Shown here: positions 28,914-38,105 of the stretch, one piece after another
Numbering within the stretch: the first letter of the stretch is position 1
Layout of the letters: the number at the start of each line of letters is the position of its first letter
Source: an uncultured Chloroflexia bacterium
Lineage (GTDB): Bacteria > Chloroflexota > Limnocylindria > Limnocylindrales > CSP1-4
Direction of reading: 5' to 3'
Assembly: GCA_963766735.1 (NCBI GenBank)
Contig: CAVYBU010000004.1
Location: 240,175-304,174 of the forward strand
DNA length: 64,000 nt
Translations under genes and position numbers: made by a program
The notes under the pieces: model-generated
Databases searched by the model: none
Told to the model about the DNA's origin: nothing
The model's input: only the letters and a program-made list of their open reading frames with translations

Positions 28914-30239
28914 TCAGGCGTCGGGCGGCACCCCAATGCTATCGGCGCCGACATACGGGCGCAGCACCTCCGGCACGGTGACGGTGCCGTCCGGGTTCTG
29001 GTACGCCTCGAGGATGGTCGCCACGATGCGGGCCAGCGGCAGGCCGGACCCGTTGAGCGTGTGGACGAGCTCGGGCTTGGCGCCCGGCGCGGGGCGATAC
29101 CGGATTGACATGCGACGGGCCTGGTAGTCGCCGAAGTTGGAGCAGGAGCTGACCTCCAGCCAGCGCTCCACGCCCGGGGCCCAGACCTCGATGTCGTACT
29201 TCCTGCGCTGGACGAAGCCCATCTCGCCGGTGCTCATGAGGAGCACGCGGTACGGGAGGCCCAGGCGCTGGAGCAGGATCTCGGCGCGGGCCGTCATCCA
29301 CTCGAGCGCCTCGGCGCTGTCCTCCGGCTTCTCGAACAGGACCATCTCGACCTTGTCGAACTGGTGGACGCGGAGGATCCCGCGGGTGTCCTTGCCGGCG
29401 GCGCCGGCCTCGCGGCGGAAGCACGGGGAGTAGGCCGCATACCGGATCGGCAGCTCGGCTGCGTCGAGGATCTCGTCGCGGTGGAGGTTGGTGACCGGGA
29501 CCTCGGCCGTGGGGACCAGGTAGAGGTCGTCTCGGGTGACGACGTACATCTGGTCTTCCTTGTCGGGGATCTGCCCCGTGCCGACGGCGGAGGCCGTGTT
29601 GACCACGGCAGGCGGCCAGACCTCGGTGAAGCCGTGCTCGCTCGTGTGGACGTCCAGGCACCAGTTGATCAGCGAGCGCTGCAGGCGCGATCCCTGGCCC
29701 TTGTAGACCGGGAACCCGGAGCCCGCGATCTTCGCGCCGCGCGCGTTGTCGATGATGTCGAGCGCCTCGCCGATCTCCCAGTGCGGGCGACGGGCCCATG
29801 TCCCGCCGTCGGCCGCCGTCTCCTCGCGGGAGCCAGGCTCGCCCCAGGTGCGGACCGTGACGTTGGCCTCCTCGCCCCCGACCGGGACATCCGGGTCCGC
29901 GGGGTTGGGGATGCGGAGCAGCAGGTCGCCGAGCTCGGCCTCCGTGGCAGCCAGCTCCGCGTCGATCTCCTCGATCCGAAGGCCGGCCCGGGTGGACTCG
30001 GCGCGCAGCGCAGCGACCTCGGGCCCGTCTGCCTTGGCGCCGCCCCGGATGGCCTCGCCAACCTGCTTGCTCGCCGCGTTCCGCTCCGCCTTCAGGTGGT
30101 CCGATTCGGACTGCAGGTGCCGGCGCCGGGCATCCGCATCCAGGGCGCGGTCCACCAGGGCGGGATCCTCGCGCTTGTCGATTGCGCCCTGCCGGATCCG
30201 GTCCGGCTCCTCGCGGAGGCGCTGCACCCCGACGCTCAT
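28914..30239 (-). CDS. serS: Serine--tRNA ligase
   Basis: YLVPTAEVP, CFRREAG, RVHQFDKVE, EVSSCSN and HTLNGSG motifs. Confidence 0.97.
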   Translation of the reverse strand: MSVGVQRLREEPDRIRQGAIDKREDPALVDRALDADARRRHLQSESDHLKAERNAASKQVGEAIRGGAKADGPEVAALRAESTRAGLRIEEIDAELAATEAELGDLLLRIPNPADPDVPVGGEEANVTVRTWGEPGSREETAADGGTWARRPHWEIGEALDIIDNARGAKIAGSGFPVYKGQGSRLQRSLINWCLDVHTSEHGFTEVWPPAVVNTASAVGTGQIPDKEDQMYVVTRDDLYLVPTAEVPVTNLHRDEILDAAELPIRYAAYSPCFRREAGAAGKDTRGILRVHQFDKVEMVLFEKPEDSAEALEWMTARAEILLQRLGLPYRVLLMSTGEMGFVQRRKYDIEVWAPGVERWLEVSSCSNFGDYQARRMSIRYRPAPGAKPELVHTLNGSGLPLARIVATILEAYQNPDGTVTVPEVLRPYVGADSIGVPPDA

Positions 30240-31858
30240 GCCAGTGTCTCCCCTGTGGCGCCGGCCCCGCCCGCCCCACCGGCCTCTCGCAGCCGGCCGA
30301 TCACGAACTCGAGATCGAGGCTCGCGAGGAGCCAGCCCGCACGCGGGCCGTTGGGGCGCCCGAGGAAGGCGAGGTAGATGGCGTTGAAGGCGGCCTTTGC
30401 ATCCAGCCCAAGCCCTCCGGCCACCGCGAACACGGCGCCCTGCCATGCCTCACCCGAGGCCGGCGCCTCCGCGTCGGCGGTCCTCGCGAGGGCTGCCAGG
30501 AAGCCGCGCTGCTCCGGGCCGAGCCGGTCTGCCTCCGGGGGAACGGCGTCGCGCCGGACCTCGATCCGGGCGCGGTCCGGGGCATACGCCTCGAGCCAGC
30601 GACGCACGGCCGCCAGGCGGACGGCGAGTTCGGCGACCTCGGCCGCGGTCAGCGGGGCGCCCTTCTCCGCGACGACCCGGGCCTCCACGTCCACGCCCGG
30701 GACCTGGACCAGGAGCGCGAGGTGGCCGAACGACGGGCGGAAGGCAGCGGCCGCTGCCGCGAGGTCCGCCGCCGGGTCGAGGAGCGAGTAGCGGAAGATC
30801 GACTCGTGGCCGGACGGGAGCTCGCCCTTGACCTCGCGGCCGGCGGTGGCGGCGCCCAGGCGGTCGAACTCGTCGAACAGGCGCGGGATGGCGTCGGTGC
30901 CCTCCGGGTCGAAGTCGAGCGCGGTCTCCGGACGCTGGCGGACGAACAGGAACCGCACCTGTTCGGGCGGCACGACGCTGCCGATGGTGTGAGCCGCGGC
31001 CCCGCGCCCCTTGGACGTGGACATCTTCTTGCCGCCGATGTTGAGGAACTCGTAGGGGAAGTTGAGCGGGGGCTCCACGTCGAAGACTTCGCGGCTGATC
31101 GCGTTGCTCCGGTCGCGGGAGCCGCCGGCGGTGGCCAGGTCCTTGCCGTTGGGCTCGATCGTGACGCCGAACAGGCTCCACTGGGCGGCCCACTCCAGGT
31201 TCCAGGGCAGCTTGGCAGCCCCGCCGAAGGGCGCGATCCGGCCCGTCCAGCCGCAGCCGGTCGCCCACGTGACGAGATCCGGGCGGCAGGCGACGGAGAC
31301 CGTCTCGCCGTCCCAGTCGGACGCGATGGTGGTGCCGATCTTGCCGCAGCTGGGGCAGACGACCCCGAGCGGCAGCCAGTGGTCGGGATGCTGCACGTTC
31401 GCCACGCGCCGGTAGACGTCCCGGACGACGTGGGCGCGCTCAAGCGCGGTGCGGATGAAGGGATCCATCTGCCCCGTGGGGTAGATGTCGCTCATCCAGT
31501 AGTAGCGGTCCGGGTGGATGCCGAGGCCGGCGAAGGTGTCGATGAAGATCCCCGCGAAGTGGCGGGCGTACGAGGCGTGGCAGTCGCCGGCGGGATCCGG
31601 GACGTGCGCCAGCGGGCGGCCCATCTCCCGCTCGATCGCGTCCGGGGAGAGCAGCGCCTGGGCGTCCATCGGGTCCATGTCGTCCACGCCGTAAAGGAGC
31701 GTGGCCTCGAGGCCGCGGGACCGGAGGGCGCGGGTGATGACGTCGAGGATGACCGGGCCGCGCAGGCTGCCGACGTGGACCGTCCCGGATGGCGTCTTCG
31801 AGTCGTTGACGACCTGGGGGCCTTCGACGCTCGCGGCCAGCTCATCCGCCCAGTCCAC
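30236..31858 (-). CDS. lysK: Lysine--tRNA ligase, class I
   Basis: DWADELA, TPSGTVHVGSLR (HIGH-like), DDMD, CPSCG zinc knuckle, EPNGKDL and KKMSTSKG (KMSKS-like). Confidence 0.93.
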   Translation of the reverse strand: MDWADELAASVEGPQVVNDSKTPSGTVHVGSLRGPVILDVITRALRSRGLEATLLYGVDDMDPMDAQALLSPDAIEREMGRPLAHVPDPAGDCHASYARHFAGIFIDTFAGLGIHPDRYYWMSDIYPTGQMDPFIRTALERAHVVRDVYRRVANVQHPDHWLPLGVVCPSCGKIGTTIASDWDGETVSVACRPDLVTWATGCGWTGRIAPFGGAAKLPWNLEWAAQWSLFGVTIEPNGKDLATAGGSRDRSNAISREVFDVEPPLNFPYEFLNIGGKKMSTSKGRGAAAHTIGSVVPPEQVRFLFVRQRPETALDFDPEGTDAIPRLFDEFDRLGAATAGREVKGELPSGHESIFRYSLLDPAADLAAAAAAFRPSFGHLALLVQVPGVDVEARVVAEKGAPLTAAEVAELAVRLAAVRRWLEAYAPDRARIEVRRDAVPPEADRLGPEQRGFLAALARTADAEAPASGEAWQGAVFAVAGGLGLDAKAAFNAIYLAFLGRPNGPRAGWLLASLDLEFVIGRLREAGGAGGAGATGETLA

Positions 31859-31937
31859 GGTCGATGCCCCTTCTCGCTGGGGCCGCCGGGCCGGCCGAGG
31901 CGACGGGTTCGCGGCTCGGGGCCGTTGGCGGCTGGTG

Positions 31938-32402
31938 CTAGCTGATCTCGAGGATCTTGTAGGCGAAGTCGCCGGCGGGGACCTTGACGACGACCTTCTC
32001 GCCCTTCTTGCGGCCGAGAAGCGCGCGGCCGACCGGCGACTCGTTGGAGATGCGGCCGTCAGCGGGCCTGGCCTCGGCGGAGCCGACGATCGTGAACGAT
32101 TGGCGGCCATCCTCGCCGTCGACCTTGACGGTGGAGCCGATCTGCACGTGATCCGTGCTGGTGTGCTCGTCGATGAGCTGGGCATTCTTGATCATCGACT
32201 CGAGCGTCTGGATCCGGCCCTCGACGAACGCCTGCTCGTTCTTGGCGTCCTCGTACTCGGCGTTCTCGCTGAGATCGCCGTGCTCCTTGGCGTCGTGGAT
32301 CCGCTGCGCGATCTCGGGCCGCCGGACGCTCACCATCTCCTCGAGCTCCGCACGGAGCTTCTCGAGGCCGTCCTTGGTGATGTAGGTGGTGTTGTTGTTC
32401 AC
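31938..32402 (-). CDS. greA: Transcription elongation factor GreA
   Basis: HGDLSENAEYEDAK and ISNESPVGRALLG motifs; GTG 32402. Confidence 0.96.
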   Translation of the reverse strand: MNNNTTYITKDGLEKLRAELEEMVSVRRPEIAQRIHDAKEHGDLSENAEYEDAKNEQAFVEGRIQTLESMIKNAQLIDEHTSTDHVQIGSTVKVDGEDGRQSFTIVGSAEARPADGRISNESPVGRALLGRKKGEKVVVKVPAGDFAYKILEIS

Positions 32403-32461
32403 GCGGGCGGGACCCCCGAGATGCGGACCGGCACCGAAGCGGCGCCGCTCGGTTGGTTTGG

Positions 32462-32502
32462 AACAAAAGAACCCCGAGGCACGCAGGGCGCCGCGGAGGT
32501 TC
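32462..32502 (-). terminator. Intrinsic terminator inside the greA 5' leader
   Basis: GAACCTCCGCGGCGC-loop-GTGCCTCGGGGTTC hairpin followed by TTTTGTT. Confidence 0.7.
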
Positions 32503-32515
32503 ACGGATCGGCGGA

Positions 32516-32544
32516 ATGGTATCGGCGGGAGCCCTTTTCGTCAA
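32516..32544 (-). promoter_or_regulatory. Sigma70-type promoter of greA
   Basis: TTGACG (32544-32539), 17-bp spacer, TACCAT (32521-32516). Confidence 0.75.
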
Positions 32545-32599
32545 AACGGGCCGTCACGATCGCCGGGCCAGGGGTCGGGCGGGCGGCGGGATCCGCGAC

Positions 32600-32812
32600 G
32601 GCGCGGCAACCTGTCCACTGAAGGAGCCCTCAACCGCTCGTGGCGACCTCCAGCGAGGCCCCGGACGGAGCCCGGCCCGGCGTCCCGCTTCCCGACGAGC
32701 CGCATGCACCACACCCCGGGCCTCGCCTCTCCTCGTGCAGCGAGGCTGCCCTGCGGTCCGTCACCGGCCCCTCGGCGGCGATTGACGAGCGAGTTGTCCG
32801 AGTTGCCGCTCC
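32600..32812 (-). ncRNA. Candidate structured ncRNA of unassigned class (about 210 nt)
   Basis: Nested complementary segments GCGGCAAC/GTTGCCGC, CAAC-CGCTCGT/ACGAGCGGTTG, CGAGG/CCTCG and ACGGA/TCCGT plus two apical hairpins; G-U pairs favour the minus strand. Confidence 0.45.
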
Positions 32813-32822
32813 AGGCGCGTTC

Positions 32823-33278
32823 CTACTCCGCCAGCTGCTCCAGCCGGCGCCTCGCCTGCTTCAGCGCCCCGCGATCGCCGAACGCCACGAACACGGTGTC
32901 GTCACCCGCGATCGAGCCCACGACCTCGGGCCATCGCGCCCGGTCGAGGGCGGCCGCCAGCGGGTGGGCCGAGCCCGGCAGCGTCTTGAGGATCAGCATC
33001 GTGCCGGAGCTCCGGATCTCGACCGGCATGTCCCGCAGCAGGACCCGGATCCGATCCTCGCCGCTCGTGTCGGCCTCTCGCAGGAGCGCAGGGATCGCAT
33101 AGGCCTGGGTCCCGCCGCGTCCCGCCTTGACCAGGCCCAGCTCCGCCACGTCCCGGCTGATCGTGGCCTGGGTGGTCCGGAACCCCCGCTCGCGTAGGGC
33201 CGCGGCCAGCTCCTGCTGGGTGCGGATCGTGCGCTGCTCCACCAGGTCCCGGATCGCCCGCTGGCGGAGCTGCTTCAT
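32823..33278 (-). CDS. argR: Arginine repressor
   Basis: TQQEL, TQATISRD, KTLPGSA and GSIAGDDTV motifs. Confidence 0.95.
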   Translation of the reverse strand: MKQLRQRAIRDLVEQRTIRTQQELAAALRERGFRTTQATISRDVAELGLVKAGRGGTQAYAIPALLREADTSGEDRIRVLLRDMPVEIRSSGTMLILKTLPGSAHPLAAALDRARWPEVVGSIAGDDTVFVAFGDRGALKQARRRLEQLAE

Positions 33279-33305
33279 GACCTCCACGGGTGCCCGCCTG
33301 TTCCC

Positions 33306-34130
33306 CTACCGGCCCAGGAACACGACGAGGATGACGGCCGCCAGCACCAGGCGGTAGGCCACGAAGATGTTGAACGATCGAGTCCGCAGGTACCGGAGCA
33401 GGAACGAGATCGCGAGCATGCCGGATGCGAACGCGGCCACGACGCCGACGATCAGCGTGACCGGCTCGGCTCCACCCACCTCGCCCCGGAACAGCTTGAG
33501 CGACTCGTAGGCAACCGCCATCAGGGTGATCGGCGTGGCCATGAGGAAGCTGTACCGGGCCGCGTCCGCGCGGTCGAGGCCCGCGAACAGCGCCGCGGAC
33601 ATCGAGATCCCGGAGCGACTCACCCCGGGGACGAGCGCCAACGCCTGCGCGGCGCCGATGCCGATCGCGCCGCGGAACGTGAGCCCCGCGATGGTGTGGG
33701 TTCGCGGTCCCCACTTGTCCGCGAACCACAGGATGGCGGCCCCGAAGACCAGCATCAGGGCCACCACGCCGGCCTCGCGCACGTTCGCCTCGATGACGTC
33801 GTTCAGGAGGAGGGCGGCGATCGCGGCGGGCACGGTGGAGGCGACGAGGAGCCACGCCAGGCGGCGGTGCGGGTCGTCGTTGAACGAGCGGTCGCGGAGC
33901 ACCGCGAAGCCGGCGGGGATCAGCCGCCGCCAGTCCTCGCGGAAGTAGACGAGCAGGGCCGCCAGGGTGCCCCCGTGGAGGACCACCGAGAAGGCGAGGG
34001 ACTCGATGAGCGGGTCATCCCACCCGAACAGCCACGGGCCGAGGATGAGGTGCCCGGACGAGCTGATAGGCAGGAACTCCGTGAGGCCCTGGACGATGCC
34101 CATCACGAGGGCCTGGATGATCTGATCCAT
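33306..34130 (-). CDS. uppP: Undecaprenyl-diphosphate phosphatase
   Basis: GIVQGLTEFLPISSSGH, PGVSRSG and AARYSFL motifs. Confidence 0.96.
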   Translation of the reverse strand: MDQIIQALVMGIVQGLTEFLPISSSGHLILGPWLFGWDDPLIESLAFSVVLHGGTLAALLVYFREDWRRLIPAGFAVLRDRSFNDDPHRRLAWLLVASTVPAAIAALLLNDVIEANVREAGVVALMLVFGAAILWFADKWGPRTHTIAGLTFRGAIGIGAAQALALVPGVSRSGISMSAALFAGLDRADAARYSFLMATPITLMAVAYESLKLFRGEVGGAEPVTLIVGVVAAFASGMLAISFLLRYLRTRSFNIFVAYRLVLAAVILVVFLGR

Positions 34131-34185
34131 GGGACGGCTTCGGGCGGCCGGTCAGCGATGACGGACCGCCCGGAGAAACCTCTCG

Positions 34186-36417
34186 CTAGCGGAGGAACAG
34201 CGGGGCGAGAACGAGCGAGATCGTCGCGAGCAGCTTGACCAGGACGTGGAGCGACGGCCCGGCCGTGTCCTTGAACGGGTCGCCCACGGTGTCGCCCACG
34301 ACGGCGGCCGCATGGGCGTCGGATCCCTTGCCGAGGATGTTGCCGTCGTCGTCCTTCAGGTTGCCCGATTCGATGTACTTCTTGGCGTTGTCCCAAGCCC
34401 CACCGCCGTTGTTCAGGACGGTCGCGAGCAGGACACCCGAGATGGTGCCGACCATCAGCATGCCGGCCACGGCCTCGGCACCCAGCAGGACCCCGATCGC
34501 GATCGGGGTGATCACCGCGACCATGCCTGGCGCGATCATCTGCTTGAGGGCGGACTTGGTGGTGATGTCGACGACGCGTGCGTAGTCCGGACGCTGCGTG
34601 TAGTCCATGATCCCGGGCATCTCCCGGAACTGGCGCCGGACCTCGACGATGATCGACTGCGCGGTGTTGCCCACGGCACGGATCGCCAGCGAGCTGAAGA
34701 AGTAGACCAGCGTGGCCGCCAGCAGGGCCGCGATGAACACGTTGACGTTGGCCAGGTTGACCGAGTTGAGGAGCTCGACGCCGGGGACCCCGGCCTCGAT
34801 CTGGCGGCCCTTGATGACGTTGATCTTGTCGATGTAGGCGCTGAACAGCAGGAACGCGGCCAGCGAGGCGGAGGCGATCGCGTAGCCCTTGGTCAGGGCC
34901 TTGGTGGTGTTGCCCACCGCGTCCAGGCGGTCCGTGATCTCACGGGCGCCCTTCTCGAGGCGGCTGAATTCGGCGATCCCGCCGGCGTTGTCCGTGATCG
35001 GGCCGAACGTGTCCATGGCCAGGATGTAGGCCGTGGTCATGAGCATGCCCATGGTCGCGACCGCGGTCCCGAAGATGCCCCCGACATTGCGGCCGTCGAC
35101 CGAGACGAGGTTCGCCTGCTCGCCCAGCCAATGGCTCACGAACAGGGCGATCCCGATGGTGATGGCGGTCACGGCGGTCGTCTCGAAGCCGACAGCGGTG
35201 CCGGCGATGATGTTGGTGGCCGGACCGGTCTTGGATGCCTCGGCGATCTCGCGGACCGGGCGGAAGGTGCCGGCCGTGTAGAACTGGGTGATGTAGACGA
35301 ACGCGATGCTGGTCGCGAGACCGACGATGCCGGCTGCGAAGAAGTAGACCCAGGTCGGGAAGCCACCGGCGCCGGTGGTGCCGTTCGTGTCCATCATCAC
35401 GTAGGTCGTGATCCCGAGCCCGACCACGGACAGCAGGGTCGTGACCCAGTAGCCGCGGTTGAGCATGTTCATCGGGTTCTCATCTTCCTTGCCGCGCACG
35501 AAGAAGATGGCCACGACGGTCGCGAGCAGCCCGAATGCCCGGACGACGAGAGGGAAGAAGATCCAGGCCTCCGGGTTCGGCCAGCCGGCGGCGACGGCGA
35601 TGGCGTACACGCCGACGCCCAGGATCATCGCGCCGATATTCTCGGCCGCCGTGGACTCGAACAGGTCCGCGCCGCGGCCTGCGCAGTCGCCGACGTTGTC
35701 GCCGACGAGGTCGGCGATGACCCCGGCGTTGCGGGGGTCGTCTTCCGGGATGCCCTTCTCCACCTTGCCGACGAGGTCCGAGCCGACGTCCGCGGCCTTG
35801 GTGTAGATGCCGCCACCGAGCTGGGCGAAGAGAGCCACGAAGGAGGCACCGAAGCCAAAGCCGACGATCAGGAAGGGCGCCTCGGCGACGGTGACCTCGC
35901 CGACGAACGTGGAGTAGATGACGAAGATGCCCCACACGCCGAGCAGCGAGAGGGCAACGACCAGGAAGCCCGAGACGGCACCGCCGCGCATGGCCACCTG
36001 GACGGCCTCGACCAGGCTGCGCCTGGCCGCCGATGCCGTTCGGACGTTCGCCTTGACGCTGATGAACATGCCGATGATCCCGGAGGCCATCGAACAGGCC
36101 GCACCGACGGCGAAGGCGAGGGCGGTCATGATCCCGATCGGGGCTCCGGCCAACGACGGTACGTCGGCGACCTCCTCGGTCTCGATGAGGGTGATCAGGA
36201 TCCCGATCAGGACCGCTCCGACGACGGCGAGAACCCCGATGGTCGTGTACTGGCGCCGGATGAACGCCACGGCGCCTTCGTAGATCGTGTCGGCCACGTC
36301 CACCATGGCCGGCGTCCCCGTATCGCGCGCCAGCACGTCGCGCGCCAGGTAGAGCGCGAACAACACGGCGCCGATGCCCGCGATCGGGATGATCCAGTAG
36401 AGCGGTGATTCGCCCAT
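34186..36417 (-). CDS. hppA: Membrane-bound pyrophosphatase, K+-independent H+-pumping signature
   Basis: GGGIYTKAADVGSDLVGKVE, EDDPRN, DNVGD, GNTTKA (Lys at the K+-determinant position) and GDTVGDPFKD. Confidence 0.95.
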   Translation of the reverse strand: MGESPLYWIIPIAGIGAVLFALYLARDVLARDTGTPAMVDVADTIYEGAVAFIRRQYTTIGVLAVVGAVLIGILITLIETEEVADVPSLAGAPIGIMTALAFAVGAACSMASGIIGMFISVKANVRTASAARRSLVEAVQVAMRGGAVSGFLVVALSLLGVWGIFVIYSTFVGEVTVAEAPFLIVGFGFGASFVALFAQLGGGIYTKAADVGSDLVGKVEKGIPEDDPRNAGVIADLVGDNVGDCAGRGADLFESTAAENIGAMILGVGVYAIAVAAGWPNPEAWIFFPLVVRAFGLLATVVAIFFVRGKEDENPMNMLNRGYWVTTLLSVVGLGITTYVMMDTNGTTGAGGFPTWVYFFAAGIVGLATSIAFVYITQFYTAGTFRPVREIAEASKTGPATNIIAGTAVGFETTAVTAITIGIALFVSHWLGEQANLVSVDGRNVGGIFGTAVATMGMLMTTAYILAMDTFGPITDNAGGIAEFSRLEKGAREITDRLDAVGNTTKALTKGYAIASASLAAFLLFSAYIDKINVIKGRQIEAGVPGVELLNSVNLANVNVFIAALLAATLVYFFSSLAIRAVGNTAQSIIVEVRRQFREMPGIMDYTQRPDYARVVDITTKSALKQMIAPGMVAVITPIAIGVLLGAEAVAGMLMVGTISGVLLATVLNNGGGAWDNAKKYIESGNLKDDDGNILGKGSDAHAAAVVGDTVGDPFKDTAGPSLHVLVKLLATISLVLAPLFLR

Positions 36418-36584
36418 CGGTGTCTGCAGAGCCTCCTACCCAGGGTTCGGAACGCCGGTTGATGGTCTCGGGTGCCGCGCGGCACGGCCGACCACCGGGC
36501 TGCCGGCGGGGCGAACGTGCTTCGGCGTGGGCATGGCTGACGGGGGTTCGAAACGCAGGAGAACCCGCCCGTCGGCCGGACGAG

Positions 36585-36614
36585 AGTGTATGCGTGGCCG
36601 CACGGGCGGGTCAA
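36585..36614 (-). promoter_or_regulatory. Sigma70-type promoter of hppA
   Basis: TTGACC, 18-bp spacer, TACACT (36590-36585); leaves a leader of about 160 nt. Confidence 0.6.
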
Positions 36615-36761
36615 ACCACATCCGGTGCCCGCAGGAAGCCATGCAGCCGTCCGCACAGTCTATGCACCAGGTCCGGGCGGCCACCCGTTCCGGGCGGGTT
36701 GCCGATGGCGCCAACGGTCCTTCGCGGCGCCGATCGGCCGCCGGTCCCTATACTCCGCCGC

Positions 36762-37358
36762 GTGGACCGACGCTCGTCATTCGGGTGTCTCGTTGAAATC
36801 GTCGAGACGCTCGTCCTCACCCTCGTCATCTTCTTCGTCATCCAGAACTTCATTGCCCAGCCCTACCAGGTCCAGCAGAACTCGATGGAGCGGACCCTGG
36901 AGCCCGGGCAGTACGTGCTGGTGGACAAGCTGACCCCGCGCTGGGACACGTACGGCCGCGGGGACATCGTGGTGTTCAACCCGCCCCCGACCTGGACGCC
37001 CGACCCGACGCCGTTCATCAAGCGCGTCATCGGACTGCCCGGCGACACCGTGGAGATCCGGGACGACGGCATGGTCTACGTCAATGGCGTCAACCTCGAC
37101 GAGACGTACCTGTACAAGAACGACGCCGGGATCCAGGAGCCGACCACGGCGTCCATGGACCAGGGCACCTGGGTGATCCCCGCGAACCAGCTGTTCGTCA
37201 TGGGTGACCACCGCCAGAAGTCGGCCGACTCGCGCGTCTTCGGCGCGATCAGCACCTCGGACGTCGTCGGGCGGGCGTTCCTCCGCTACTGGCCTATCTC
37301 GACGCTCGGGATCCTGGATACCCCGTCCTACCCGAACGCCGAACCAGCCTCGCCCTGA
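36762..37358 (+). CDS. lepB: Signal peptidase I
   Basis: QNSMERTL (catalytic Ser), FIKRVIGLPGD (catalytic Lys), MGDHR...SADSR; TATACT -10 lies 7 nt before the GTG. Confidence 0.95.
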   Translation: MDRRSSFGCLVEIVETLVLTLVIFFVIQNFIAQPYQVQQNSMERTLEPGQYVLVDKLTPRWDTYGRGDIVVFNPPPTWTPDPTPFIKRVIGLPGDTVEIRDDGMVYVNGVNLDETYLYKNDAGIQEPTTASMDQGTWVIPANQLFVMGDHRQKSADSRVFGAISTSDVVGRAFLRYWPISTLGILDTPSYPNAEPASP

Positions 37359-37374
37359 CGGGGCGGGCCCAGTC

Positions 37375-38100
37375 ATGACGCCTGTCCTCGTCCTGCTCGC
37401 CGGCGTCGTCGCGGCCGGCGGCGCGGTCGCCGTCGCCGCACGGGAACCACGACTCGCGGCGCTGGGTACCCTCGTGGCGCTCGTCGGCTCGGTGTACGTC
37501 GCGGATCCGCTGCCGGGGTCGCTCGCCCTCGGGGCCCAGCTCGTCGGGGCCGTGCTCGCGGGATATCTCGTATGGGTCGCCCTGCGGCGGGCGCCGGGTG
37601 TGCTCTCGGTACCCGGGATCCGGTTGCCGGGGGCCGCCGCCACCGCGATCGTCGCCTTCGCTACGGGCTGGCTCGCCGCCTCCGGGCTGGGGACGGCCAT
37701 CGCAGTGGCCTCCGGTGACGGTCCGTCCACCGGGGCGGCCGCGCTGGCGCTCGCGGACGGGTCGCTCGTGCCGCGGGCCGCTCTCGGGGCGGCGTTCGCG
37801 CTGGCCGTCCTCGCCGCCGGCCCGGTGTTCCTGGCCCGGGACGTGCTGCGGATGGGGCTGGGACTGCTGCTGCTGATCGCCGCGGCCGGGCTGGCCCGCA
37901 ACGCGCTGGGGACGGGCGCCGACGCCCCCGTGGAACTGGCACTTGGGGTCCTGGTGGCTCTCGCGGGCGCAGGCGTCGCGTCCGTCGTCACGGCAAGCAT
38001 CCGCACAGCCGGGGATCTCGACCTGCGGAGCGGGGTCGATCGCGAGACCGCCGTCCGTCATCGTCCCGCCGACGAAGCCCACCGGCTCCCGGCCGACTGA
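37375..38100 (+). CDS. Hydrophobic membrane protein, possible HyfE/Mrp accessory-like subunit
   Basis: About 7 Ala/Leu-rich TM segments; in line with lepB and the downstream gene. Confidence 0.55.
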   Translation: MTPVLVLLAGVVAAGGAVAVAAREPRLAALGTLVALVGSVYVADPLPGSLALGAQLVGAVLAGYLVWVALRRAPGVLSVPGIRLPGAAATAIVAFATGWLAASGLGTAIAVASGDGPSTGAAALALADGSLVPRAALGAAFALAVLAAGPVFLARDVLRMGLGLLLLIAAAGLARNALGTGADAPVELALGVLVALAGAGVASVVTASIRTAGDLDLRSGVDRETAVRHRPADEAHRLPAD

Positions 38101-38105
38101 CGCCG

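Noticed and set aside
36632-36666. Two ATGCA half-sites 21 bp apart upstream of hppA-uppP-argR, resembling tandem ARG boxes
   Set aside because: The period fits, but the opposite half-sites do not match TGMAT-N4-ATKCA; too weak to call
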